From the NCBI GenBank assembly GCA_963801355.1, contig CAWDEM010000004.1:800001-864000 (forward strand): a DNA stretch of 64,000 nucleotides. Reading direction: 5' to 3'. The DNA is from Ignavibacteriota bacterium. GTDB lineage: Bacteria; Bacteroidota; Ignavibacteria; UBA10030; UBA6906. Shown piece by piece: positions 19,939 to 29,800 of the stretch. Made by a program: the position numbers and the translations under genes. Under the pieces are notes generated by a model that worked only from the letters and a program-made list of their open reading frames with translations, was not told the DNA's origin and did not search any database. Position 1 is the first letter of the stretch. Each line of letters starts with the position of its first letter.

Positions 19939-20667
19939 ATGGAACCACGTCAGCGTACCATTGCGGTTGTCATCCCCGCGTTCAACGAGGAAAAAGCCAT
20001 CCGCGGTGTGGTAGAGGATGTCTATTCTTCGCTTCACGTGCAAAGTGTGGATGCGCATATCATTGTAGTCAATGACGGCTCCTCTGACGGGACTTCCGTA
20101 GCGTTGCAAGGGCTTCCCTGTACTTGCCTCAATCTCCCCTTCAATCTCGGCATCGGCGCAGCAGTGCAACTCGGATTTCGCTATGCACAGAAGCTTGGAT
20201 GCGACGCGGTGGTCCAGGTTGATGGTGACGGCCAGCATCCTGCACGCGAGATCGGGCGGCTCCTGGAACCGGTGTTTAACGACAGCGCAGACGTTGTCAT
20301 TGGCTCCCGTTTTCTCTTGAAGGGAGGTTCCCGCTCGACGCTCTCCCGCCGTATCGGCATCCGGTACTTCAATGCACTCGTTGGGGTTCTGATCGGTAGG
20401 CGCATTACCGACAGCACATCCGGATTCCGCGCATTCAATCGCGTGGCGCTCGACGTGTGCGCGTGGGAGTACCCGGACCAGTATCCTGAACCGGAAGCGA
20501 TAATTTCGTTCACGAAACGAAAACTCCGGATCGTCGAAGTGTCTGTGCTCATGAACGACAGACAGGGTGGTCGGTCATCGATCAACACGTTTGCCGGGTT
20601 TGTCTATATGATCAAGGTTTCCCTCGCCATGTGTATTGCGGTCCTCAGAAATCATGAGGAAGGATAA
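19939..20667 (+). CDS. Glycosyltransferase family 2 (polyprenol-phosphate sugar synthase-like)
   Basis: VVIPAFNEE, VVNDGSSDGT, VDGDGQH, IGSRF, DSTSGFRA. Confidence 0.92.
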   Translation: MEPRQRTIAVVIPAFNEEKAIRGVVEDVYSSLHVQSVDAHIIVVNDGSSDGTSVALQGLPCTCLNLPFNLGIGAAVQLGFRYAQKLGCDAVVQVDGDGQHPAREIGRLLEPVFNDSADVVIGSRFLLKGGSRSTLSRRIGIRYFNALVGVLIGRRITDSTSGFRAFNRVALDVCAWEYPDQYPEPEAIISFTKRKLRIVEVSVLMNDRQGGRSSINTFAGFVYMIKVSLAMCIAVLRNHEEG

Positions 20668-20672
20668 CGCTC

Positions 20673-21038
20673 ATGGACACGATTGTCCCCCTCCGGATAC
20701 AAATTGTCAGCATTCTCGGAAGCATCCTCTTCCTTACGGTGATTGGCCGTCTGATTCTGAAAGGAAAGCTGCGGGAAGAATATGCTATCATCTGGATTGT
20801 TGCGACGGCGGCATTGCTTCTCCTGTCGATATGGCGAAACAGCCTGGAGGTGCTGGCAGCCGCTCTTGGTGTCTACTACGCTCCGTCTCTTCTGTTCTTA
20901 GTAGCATTGTTCGCAATCACCGCGTTCCTGGTTCACCTTTCGGTTGTGGCGACAAAACTCCAGAGGCAAAACAAGATTCTTGCCCAGGAGCTTGCCCTGC
21001 TTCGGGATGAAATGCAGAAAAGGAACAGCGGCAACTGA
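20673..21038 (+). CDS. DUF2304 family small membrane protein
   Basis: KLREEYAIIW, LGVYYAPSLLF, LAQELALL; usual position directly after a GT2. Confidence 0.85.
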   Translation: MDTIVPLRIQIVSILGSILFLTVIGRLILKGKLREEYAIIWIVATAALLLLSIWRNSLEVLAAALGVYYAPSLLFLVALFAITAFLVHLSVVATKLQRQNKILAQELALLRDEMQKRNSGN

Positions 21039-21058
21039 TGTCTGCATTGTCGCCTGGT

Positions 21059-22048
21059 CTATATCTTTTCGCTCTGCGAATGAAGCGGGCTGCGCATTCC
21101 GGAACTTCCCTTCGCTGACGTGTCTGCCGCTGTCCCATGGGTCAGCGCCATCTCCTGCAGCCATGTGGCCAATTCCTCCGCTCTGCAGTTGGGTTCCAGA
21201 ATCGCACGGAGGTACGCCGGGGGGTTCTTCACCCCGCCGTATAGTTGTTCGCAAGCACGGTCGAACTTCGGTCCGTGTTTGTTCCTGAGGACTTCAATCT
21301 TGCGCAGATCCAGACGCGATAGGGGCGTGTTGCGGCCGATCCGTTCGCAGATCATCCGCTCCAGATCCTGCTCGAGAATCACCGGAGTCATATCTGCGGG
21401 GACGGCATGAATAACGTTAGCCGGCGATTCATCAACATCGCCATGGCGGTGATGGTGTTGGTGAGGTTGGTCAGGTTTGATGAGGTCAGGTTTGGTTATA
21501 TAAGGTTGGTTAGGTTTGGTTAGGTTAGGTGGAACGTTGCTGTCCCTCCCATCCTGGGCATTTGTACCGTTACTGTCACCCCCATCGTGTGCCTCTGTAT
21601 CGTTACTGTCCCTCTCATCTTGTGTATTTGTACCGTTACTGTCCCCCTCATTTTGCGCAACTGTACCGTTACTGTACCCCCCCTCTTGTTGATAGAGGGC
21701 TTGCACGCGCCGCCAGATCTGAGGGTGACGTTTATACTTTACCTGCAGGAAGGGACCGACATACTGCCACCAGTTATGCACGCGGAAATAGGGAAGTCTG
21801 TCCATCCAGCCTGACTGGATCATCGCCCTGACGAATCTCTTGCTCTGATCGGCCGGGAGTCCGACGGCTGCTGCAAGGCTCGCTTGCTTGTGTCGCCGGA
21901 GATCCCCGTCAGGGGCATAGTCCAGGCACCACCACCAGAATCTGTTGAGCTTGCCAATAGTAATGTCGACGTCCCAACCCATCGAATTCATAAGGTCCAG
22001 TGTTTTGGGATGGTTGAGCAGCTGCTGATGACTTTCGATCCATGCCAT
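21059..22048 (-). CDS. Phage-type replication initiator / replisome-organiser-like protein
   Basis: ATG 22048 after AGGAGG; N-terminus MAWIESHQQLLNHPKT...IGKLNRFWWWCLDYAPDGDL...VHNW resembles prophage replication proteins; central tandem repeats; TKPNQP linker; C-terminal VKNPPAYLRAIL. Confidence 0.65.
   Translation of the reverse strand: MAWIESHQQLLNHPKTLDLMNSMGWDVDITIGKLNRFWWWCLDYAPDGDLRRHKQASLAAAVGLPADQSKRFVRAMIQSGWMDRLPYFRVHNWWQYVGPFLQVKYKRHPQIWRRVQALYQQEGGYSNGTVAQNEGDSNGTNTQDERDSNDTEAHDGGDSNGTNAQDGRDSNVPPNLTKPNQPYITKPDLIKPDQPHQHHHRHGDVDESPANVIHAVPADMTPVILEQDLERMICERIGRNTPLSRLDLRKIEVLRNKHGPKFDRACEQLYGGVKNPPAYLRAILEPNCRAEELATWLQEMALTHGTAADTSAKGSSGMRSPLHSQSEKI
21460..21530. repeat. Degenerate 5-bp periodic repeat (GGTTA/GGTTT/GGTCA)
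   Basis: ...ggtcaggtttggttatataaggttggttaggtttggttaggttaggt; encodes NLTKPNQPYITKPDLIKPDQP on the minus strand. Confidence 0.8.
21530..21682. repeat. Five 33-bp tandem repeats with core TGTACCGTTACTGT (iteron-like)
   Basis: Units start at 21530 (degenerate), 21563, 21596, 21629 and 21662; encode 11-aa repeats such as EGDSNGTNTQD. Confidence 0.92.
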
Positions 22049-22327
22049 GGGAGTCCTCCTTTTCCGAATGGAGGGAAATATAGCCTGTCGAGGGGCCGAT
22101 GAACAGCAGTTTTTTTTGTCGAAGTTTCTGGGAAATGGAATCATCAAATCGGTGAAGGGGCGAAAATGAGCTGGAAAGCGCGATTTTCATGCGGAATATG
22201 AACATGTGCCATTTTTAGCGCAGTTGTGTCTGGAACAGAATTTTGGGCTTTTTCGTTTACATAATCACAAAAGGCTTCTCGCCGACCTGACATATTCGTC
22301 ACGACGCCAGCAATACCGGGACAGGGA

Positions 22328-23620
22328 ATGAAAGGAAATCACATGGACAACCCGTCCAGATCAGCGGAACCAGCTTTCGATGTCGCTGTCATTGGTGCGG
22401 GTCAAGCAGGCCTTGGCATCAGCCATTTCCTGAAACAGTATGGCATGCGCCACATCGTTTTGGAACGTGACAGAATTGGTGAAACGTGGCGCACAAAACG
22501 TTGGAATTCCTTCTCACTCAATTCACCGAACAAATTCAATATGCTGCCTGGTGACACCTACAAAGGAGCGAACCCGGACGGGTTCGACTGCGCACAGGCT
22601 TTTGTCTCATACCTCGAAGGCTATGCGAACAGATTTCAATTGCCTGTCCAGGAACATTCCCGTGTGGTCTCTGTTGAGCGCAACTCTTCGGCGTACCATG
22701 TGACAGCACTGGTGCATGGAACGACAAGGAGCTATGCGTGTCGGCAGGTGGTAGTTGCCTCCGGAGCGATGAATGAACCCAAGATCCCTGCATTCGCGAA
22801 GAACATCTCCTCAAGTGTCAGGCAATTTCACGCTGGTGAATACCGGGCGCCTTCGGATCTGCTCGATGGTGCAGTCCTCGTTGTGGGGAGCGCACAGACA
22901 GGGCTTCAGGTGGCGGAGGATCTCATCGAGGCAGGCAAGAAAGTCTACCTGTCAACAAGCGCCGTTGGACGGGTCCCGCGTAGATACCGTGGCAGTGATA
23001 TTCTCGAATGGTTGCTGAAGGTCGGATTCTATGATGTGACAACTGAGGATATCACTGACCCCAAAGACCTGGAAGTGAGACAACCACAAGTATCCGGCGT
23101 CGGTCCGCTCGGCCATACCATTAGTCTTCAATCTCTAGCAAGAAGAGGTGCTGCAATCATCGGAAGGATCGAGAGCGTGAGCGGAAGTGAAGTCAACCTG
23201 CAGGCCAATGCGGCAAATCATATCAGGTTTGCGGATGAGGTGTCCCGTAGAATAAAGACATTGATCGAGCAATTCATAGCGGAAAATCGATTGAATGTCC
23301 CACCGCCTGAATTTGACCCGGCCGACGAACCTGATACCAATGCTTTATCTGCTTCATCCATGAGAGTACTTGATCTCGGGAAAGAAGATATCCAGTCGAT
23401 AATTTGGGCCACCGGCTTCACAGGAGACTTCAGCTACTTGAAAGACGGCGTCGTGGATGGCAGCGGACGGCCTGCACACCGCAGTGGCATTTCGAATGCG
23501 TCAGGGCTGTACTTTCTTGGGATGCCATGGCTCCGTAAGCGAAAATCGGGACTTATCACGGGCATAGAGGAAGATGCTGCGTTCGTCGCAGAACACGTTA
23601 AGCGCACTTCGTCGAAGTAG
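22328..23620 (+). CDS. Flavin-containing monooxygenase / FAD-NAD(P)H oxidoreductase (CzcO/TrkA-like)
   Basis: IGAGQAG, FHAGEYR, VVGSAQTG, IIWATGF, GLYFLGMPWL. Confidence 0.88.
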   Translation: MKGNHMDNPSRSAEPAFDVAVIGAGQAGLGISHFLKQYGMRHIVLERDRIGETWRTKRWNSFSLNSPNKFNMLPGDTYKGANPDGFDCAQAFVSYLEGYANRFQLPVQEHSRVVSVERNSSAYHVTALVHGTTRSYACRQVVVASGAMNEPKIPAFAKNISSSVRQFHAGEYRAPSDLLDGAVLVVGSAQTGLQVAEDLIEAGKKVYLSTSAVGRVPRRYRGSDILEWLLKVGFYDVTTEDITDPKDLEVRQPQVSGVGPLGHTISLQSLARRGAAIIGRIESVSGSEVNLQANAANHIRFADEVSRRIKTLIEQFIAENRLNVPPPEFDPADEPDTNALSASSMRVLDLGKEDIQSIIWATGFTGDFSYLKDGVVDGSGRPAHRSGISNASGLYFLGMPWLRKRKSGLITGIEEDAAFVAEHVKRTSSK

Positions 23621-23683
23621 CCACTCTGGCATTCCTTGTGGGGTGAGCCGATTGTAGGCCAATCAAAAAGGAGTATTCACCGA

Positions 23684-24551
23684 ATGAGATCTCGCATGAT
23701 ATTTGCAGCACTGCTATGCTCTTCGACAATATTGTTGGGAACGGTACATCTGCAAGGACAATCAGGACCTGCATCTCCTGTTCCGTATGGAGATAACAAG
23801 GATGCAGGCAACTATGCACTTCTCAACGGTATAAGACTCTATTATGAAATATACGGTAAAGGGGATCCCCTTATTTTACTCCATGGCAACGGCGGGAATA
23901 TCAAAGGAATGGAGCACCAGATTGAATATTTCTCCAAGCAGTATAGGGTTATCGCAATGGACTGTAGGGGAAGAGGCAAGTCCGAGTTGGGCAAGGATTC
24001 CCTTACGTACATGCAAATGACAAAGGATGTAGCTTCTCTTCTGGACTATTTGCAAGTGGATTCTACTTACATAATCGGGAGAAGTGACGGTGGTATCATC
24101 GGGTTACTGATGGGGATTTACTTCCCGGAGAAAGTAAAAAAGATTGCGGCTTTTTGGCGCGAACCTCTGGCCTGAACCAACCGCCCTCTATCCCCGCGAA
24201 GTTGATCAAACAAAACAAGTCCGAAGGCAAGCAGAAGAAATGATCGACAGAAATGATACAACGCAAGATTGGTATCTTATCAAACAACGATATAGAATGA
24301 TGGAATTTCAACCACATATTTCAGCTGATGATCTGAAGAAGATACAATCGCCTGTGTTAGTCCTTTCCTGTGACAGAGACTTGATTCAAGAAGAACATAC
24401 GCTATTCATATATCGGAATATTCCCAAGTCCAATCTATGCATTTTCCCGGGTGAGACACATTGGATAACCAGTACTAATCCAGATCTTTTCAATTCGACT
24501 GTGGCGAAATACTTTTCTGAACCTTACAAGGGAGAGGAAATGAGAAAATGA
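23684..24551 (+). pseudogene. Secreted alpha/beta hydrolase split by a +1 frameshift (or a sequencing error)
   Basis: LLHGNGG and GRSDGG nucleophile elbow in the first ORF; CDRD and ETHW in the second. Removing one T from TTTTT at 24151-24155 restores KIAAFGANLWP. Confidence 0.85.
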
Positions 24552-24566
24552 TGGGGCGGGCGCTAG

Positions 24567-24595
24567 TTGACAATGCATAATGAGTTCAGTAGATT
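24567..24595 (+). promoter_or_regulatory. Sigma70-type promoter
   Basis: TTGACA-17 bp-TAGATT, about 200 nt upstream of ATG 24794. Confidence 0.55.
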
Positions 24596-24793
24596 CGGGC
24601 GATGTACATCGGTCTCCATGCGGTGGACGGGGCGGTTGCCGTATGAGACCTGAGGGCGCAAGTCCGATTTTTGCCTCTGCTCTTACACTCCCATCTCTCG
24701 TACGCGATCACCCGCTGGTTCACCAAGCGACCTGAGCATTCAATCCCCGATCAGGTGGAATGGAACAGAATCGAAACAGAACAAGAGGCCGCC

Positions 24794-26638
24794 ATGAAAA
24801 CCTCTGTGCTCGTGCTTCTCTTGTTCGCGCAAATCAGCACACACCTGGGTCAAAATGTGATCGTAGATCTTGGCTCCGCAAGTATGCTCACATTCTCTCA
24901 GGTCACTGGCGCAGGCTTGACAACAGTTGAGCCATCCGAAACAGGCGCGGCTCCTCCGTCGGGTCAGAAACTTCTTCCTCTGACGCTTGGCGGGACGCGC
25001 TTGATGGTCACGACAACAGCAGTCTTTCAAGGTGATGTCTCGGTCCGCCTTCAGTACGATGACGCCGGTCTCGCATCTGGGGAAGAAGCTGCCACAGCAC
25101 TCCACCGGTACGACGCCAACACCGGCCTCTGGACGGACATCACCAATTCGCGCGATGTGGGTGCGAACTACCTCTACGGCACCACGACACATTTCTCCGA
25201 TCTGGCCGTCATGACGCCGTTGGGAGTCTCCTCAGCAATGCTCGTCACGAATACGGACGACAGTGGCGCTGGAACACTCAGGCAGGCAATAACCGATGCA
25301 AACCTTCATGTCGGCGCGGATACGATCACGTTTGCCATTCCCACCAGCGATCAAGGGTACTCGCCGGTGTCAGGAGTCTGGACCATACGACCAGTTACCC
25401 CTCTTCCGGATCTTACCGATCACGGCACAACGATCGACGGGTTAAGCCAAACCGCTTTTCTTGGGGATTCCAACCCGAAAGGCCCTGAGATTCAGATTGA
25501 CGGGTCTCAGGTCGGGACTCCATCAAACGGACTGACACTACGATCAGGACTCAACCGTATAGTGGGGCTGTGTATAACCGGGTTCAGCTGGAACGGTATC
25601 CTCATTCAAGGGCCGTCTGCAGATGCAAATATCGTTGCTCGCTGCTACCTCGGGGTGAGCCCTGACGCTGCAACCAAGGTGGGGAACAAGTATGCAGGCG
25701 TCTGGATACTCAATGCCTCCTTGAACGCGGTCGGTTTCTTCGATACGGCCTCGGCAAATATTCTCGGCGGGAACTCCGTGGCCGGAGTGGTGATTGCCGG
25801 CACGAACTCCCGGTTCAATGCCGTAACGGCCAATTTCATCGGGACAAACTTCTCACGTCAAGTCGATCTGGGGAATGAAAACATCGGTGTGGTCATTACT
25901 GATGGTGCCACAGACAACTCGGTTACCGGGTTCGATTTTCCTCTGAATGTTGTCATCATGTACAATGTGTCTGGAGGAATCCTGGTCAGTCAACCCGGGA
26001 CTGTCCGCAATTTCCTCGGCGCAGGTTGTATTACAAAGAATGGTTCCTGGGGAATCGCTTTGAATTCCGGGGGAAACGACTGGATGGCCCCTCCCGTCAT
26101 TACGTCCGTGTCCTCGACCGCCGTGAAGGGCACCGCTCTCGCCCGGAGCATGGTCCTCCTGTACAACGATCCGGGGAGCCAGGGAGCAGAGTACTTTGCG
26201 ACGACGTACGCTGACGCCAGTGGAAATTTCCAGTGGAACGGCAAGGCGAAGGGGCCGCATGTGACAGCCCTTGCGGTGGACACGACAGCCGGTGCAACGT
26301 ATCACAACACATCGACATTTAGTGCACCGTTCACTGTTACTGCTGTTGAGCCGCCACCAAGTGCCGGAATCCCGGAGGCAATAGTCCTCAATCAAAACTA
26401 TCCCAACCCCTTCAACCCGAGTACGACAATTCGCTACGGTCTGCCCATTCGATCACATGTGACGCTCGCCGTCTTCAACACCCTCGGCCAGCAGGTCGCC
26501 CTTCTCCAGAATGGGGAGCAGGAAGCCGGGTACCATGAGGTGAAGTTCGACGGGAACAGTTTGTCAAGCGGCGTATACTTCTATCGCATGCAAACAGAGA
26601 ACTTCGTGCAGTCGCGCAAATTGCTCTTAGTCCGTTAA
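24794..26638 (+). CDS. T9SS cargo protein with right-handed beta-helix module
   Basis: Signal peptide MKTSVLVLLL; VTNTDDSGAGTLRQAITDAN; GN-rich repeats; NQNYPNPFNPS CTD. Confidence 0.85.
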   Translation: MKTSVLVLLLFAQISTHLGQNVIVDLGSASMLTFSQVTGAGLTTVEPSETGAAPPSGQKLLPLTLGGTRLMVTTTAVFQGDVSVRLQYDDAGLASGEEAATALHRYDANTGLWTDITNSRDVGANYLYGTTTHFSDLAVMTPLGVSSAMLVTNTDDSGAGTLRQAITDANLHVGADTITFAIPTSDQGYSPVSGVWTIRPVTPLPDLTDHGTTIDGLSQTAFLGDSNPKGPEIQIDGSQVGTPSNGLTLRSGLNRIVGLCITGFSWNGILIQGPSADANIVARCYLGVSPDAATKVGNKYAGVWILNASLNAVGFFDTASANILGGNSVAGVVIAGTNSRFNAVTANFIGTNFSRQVDLGNENIGVVITDGATDNSVTGFDFPLNVVIMYNVSGGILVSQPGTVRNFLGAGCITKNGSWGIALNSGGNDWMAPPVITSVSSTAVKGTALARSMVLLYNDPGSQGAEYFATTYADASGNFQWNGKAKGPHVTALAVDTTAGATYHNTSTFSAPFTVTAVEPPPSAGIPEAIVLNQNYPNPFNPSTTIRYGLPIRSHVTLAVFNTLGQQVALLQNGEQEAGYHEVKFDGNSLSSGVYFYRMQTENFVQSRKLLLVR

Positions 26639-26847
26639 CGAAATCCTTGACGTTCCCTCTTGAGTTCATGTTTCAGGTGGGTCGCTTGATCATGACACGG
26701 TAGGCCGTCACTTACTCATTTGAAATGGGACGTCTGGCTTTTCGCTTAGTCTGTGAGGCTCAAGATGATACTTCCTCGCGACATCCTTCCAAAGCCTCCC
26801 GGTCAGTGAAGTATGGTTTGTGAAGGAAGGCACATGAGCGCAAGGTT

Positions 26848-29800
26848 ATGAAGAGGATGCATTTCCAATACAGGGAAGCTCTGAGGAGACCATGCTTCCC
26901 GTGCAGGAAGCTCGCCTGTGTCATCCTGGCTGCTTCGCTGACTACCCCCGTGCGTGGTCAACCGCTAGAGCCCGCATTCGAACATATCACCATAGGAGTG
27001 GCATATTCTTTCTTGCACGATTCTAACGGTTTCCTTTGGATCGGGGCGCAGGAGGGCCTCGCCAGATATGATGGATACAATCTCAAGTTCTACAAGCATA
27101 TCCCATTCGATTCGACGTCATTATCGAGCAATTGGGTGACCGTTCTGAAGGAGGACAGAGACGGCAACCTGTGGGTTGGTACATGGGGGGGAGCTTTGAA
27201 CTACTTCAATCAGAGGACCGATAAGTTTACCCGTTATCTTCAGGACCCGGATAGTTCCAGCTCAATCAACTGTAGAAACATCTGCAGCATTGTTGTCAAC
27301 GATGACGGCACGTTGTGGATAGGTACGCAGGAGAGAGGATTGCTGCGCATGAGCTTTGACGGCAACGGCAATGCTGTTTACAGAAGGTGTGATCTTCGTG
27401 CCGCCAGAGAGGCCAACAACGACGAACGGGAAGTTTCTGTTTGGTGCCTACTCAAGGATAGCGAGGGCATATTATGGGTTGGCACGTTTGGAAACGGGCT
27501 CATCTGTCTTGACCCGGCCACCAACGAACGCCGACACTATGAACATGACCCCGGCAAGCCTGCCAGCTTGAGCTCCAATTCTATTAGTTGTCTTTGTGAG
27601 GATGACTCAGGGAATATCTGGATTGGAACAGGGAACGGAGCCTTGAGTATCAAAGGAAACGGATTATCCAGGTTTGATCGCAAAACGCGGAACTTCACGA
27701 CGTTCAAGCATAGTCCCTTGGACCCCACCAGCCTCTGCTCAAATTCTCCTCTCTGCCTGTTGATCGATCATGCGAATACTCTTTGGGTTGGCACTTCAGA
27801 TAACGGACTCTGTTCGATAGAATTGAAACATCTATATGGCAGTGGGAAGCCGGTATTTGCCAGACGAAAGAATGTCGGGGGTACGATGATCCACTCCGTC
27901 TATGAAGATAGACTGGACAACATCTGGGTGGGTCTGTTGGCGATGCACGTCTGCAGGTACGATGGACACCGGAATCCATTCATCTGGTATCGACATGTTC
28001 CCGGCAATCGAAACAGTCTGAGCGGTAACGCAGTTGCGTGCATCTACGTTGACCGAAAGGACAAGATTTGGTTCGGTTACAACTGGAGCGGTGTAACCAG
28101 ATTTGATCCGAGAAGTGGTGCGTACAAGCATTTCGCATGTGATCCCAAGAGTCCGACTGGTATCAGTTCTAACTGGGTCAACGCGATTTGCGAAGGCAAC
28201 GATGGTATCATGTGGCTGGGAACGTCTGATAGTGGAATAGACGTCTTCAATCCTTCCGATGACACTTTCACGCATCTGAAGGCAGATCCCGACAGGCCGT
28301 CTGGTCTGAGGTCAAACCGCGTCAGATTCCTTCTCAAATCCAGATCTGATGATATTTGGATATCCACTGTGAGTGAAGGGCTGCAATTGTATGATCAGGA
28401 AAGCAGAACCTTCACGTTCTTTGATGTTGACAGCAGCACTTCAGCAGACGAGGCAACGTCAATACTCTACGAAGACAGCAGGGGGACACTATGGATTGGT
28501 ACCATGAACAACGGAGTGTACGGCCTGACAGTCGCGGACAGAGAGATCAAGAGCGTCAAACACTATGTGCACGATCCAAGGAACAAGAACAGTCTGAGCT
28601 ACAATCACACTACGGACATTATTCAATCCAGAGTTCTTGACAACGATGCGTTATGGATTGCGACCAGCGTAGGGTTGAACAGGCTTGATCTCAAGACAGA
28701 GACGTTCACTCACTATTTCGCAAAAGACGGTCTGCCGCACGATTTTGTGCTGAAACTTCTAGAGGATAATGAAGGAAACATCTGGGCATCGACAGCTTAC
28801 AAGTTGTGTGTTTTCAGTGTCAGAACAGGGAAGTTCAGCAGTTATGGCAAGAATGACGGTCTACCCGTGACGGGTTTTGCCGGAGCCCGCCAGAATAGTG
28901 CTGTGACGCGTGATCACCAGCTCCTGTTTGGTGCGGCCTATGGAGTTCTCGGCTATCATCCGGAGGAGGTGCTCCGTAATCAGGCCATCCCCCACATATT
29001 CCTGACCGACTTCAGGATCTGGCACGAGAGCGTCAAGCTGGATACGGCGATACATGTTAAGAGAGTCATAACCCTGGAGCATGATGAGAATACGTTTGGC
29101 TTTGACTTCAGTGACCTCAATCTGACGACCTCGAAGAGAAATCAATTCGCCTACAAACTCGAAGGACTCTATGAGGACTGGATCTACATTGGCAATGAAC
29201 ATACGGTGAGTTTCACGAATATCGACCCCGGAACATACTCGTTTCGGGTAAAGGCATCAGACAATGATTCAACCTGGAGCAAGGGAGAAGCTTCTCTCTC
29301 AATTGTCATTACGCCGCCATGGTGGAAAACGACGTGGGCTTATCTCGTGTATGTTGTCATTATCGGCACCATTCTGAGTGCCGGCTACCGTGTTCGGATG
29401 CGTCGCATGCAACTCGCCCAGCAGTTGCAGATAGAGCATCTTGAGGCAGAAAAGATGCGTGACGTGAACAGGATGAAGTCCCGCTTCTTCGCCAACATCT
29501 CACACGAGTTCCGGACTCCGCTGACCCTTGTGCTCGGACCGATTCACAAATGGCGCGAGAAGGCGCACGAAGAAGGCGAGAAGAAGGATCTCGGTGTGGC
29601 AGAGCGGAATGCCCGTCGCGTTTTGCGGCTCATCAACCAGCTGCTGGACCTTTCGAGGCTGGAAGCCGGCGGGATGAGATTGCGGGCAAGCAGGATGAAC
29701 ATCGTCCCACTTGTCAAGGGGATTGCATATTCGTTTGCGACAGTTGATGGAAGAGGAGGAGTCGGGCTGACGGTGGATGTTGAAGAGAAGGAGATCGAAG

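Noticed and set aside
21530-21682. 33-bp periodic repeats as a CRISPR array
   Set aside because: Period too short, spacers are similar to each other, array is in frame inside a CDS, and no cas genes are present
21059-24551. Intact prophage or integrative element
   Set aside because: No integrase, att repeats, or structural or conjugation genes recognised
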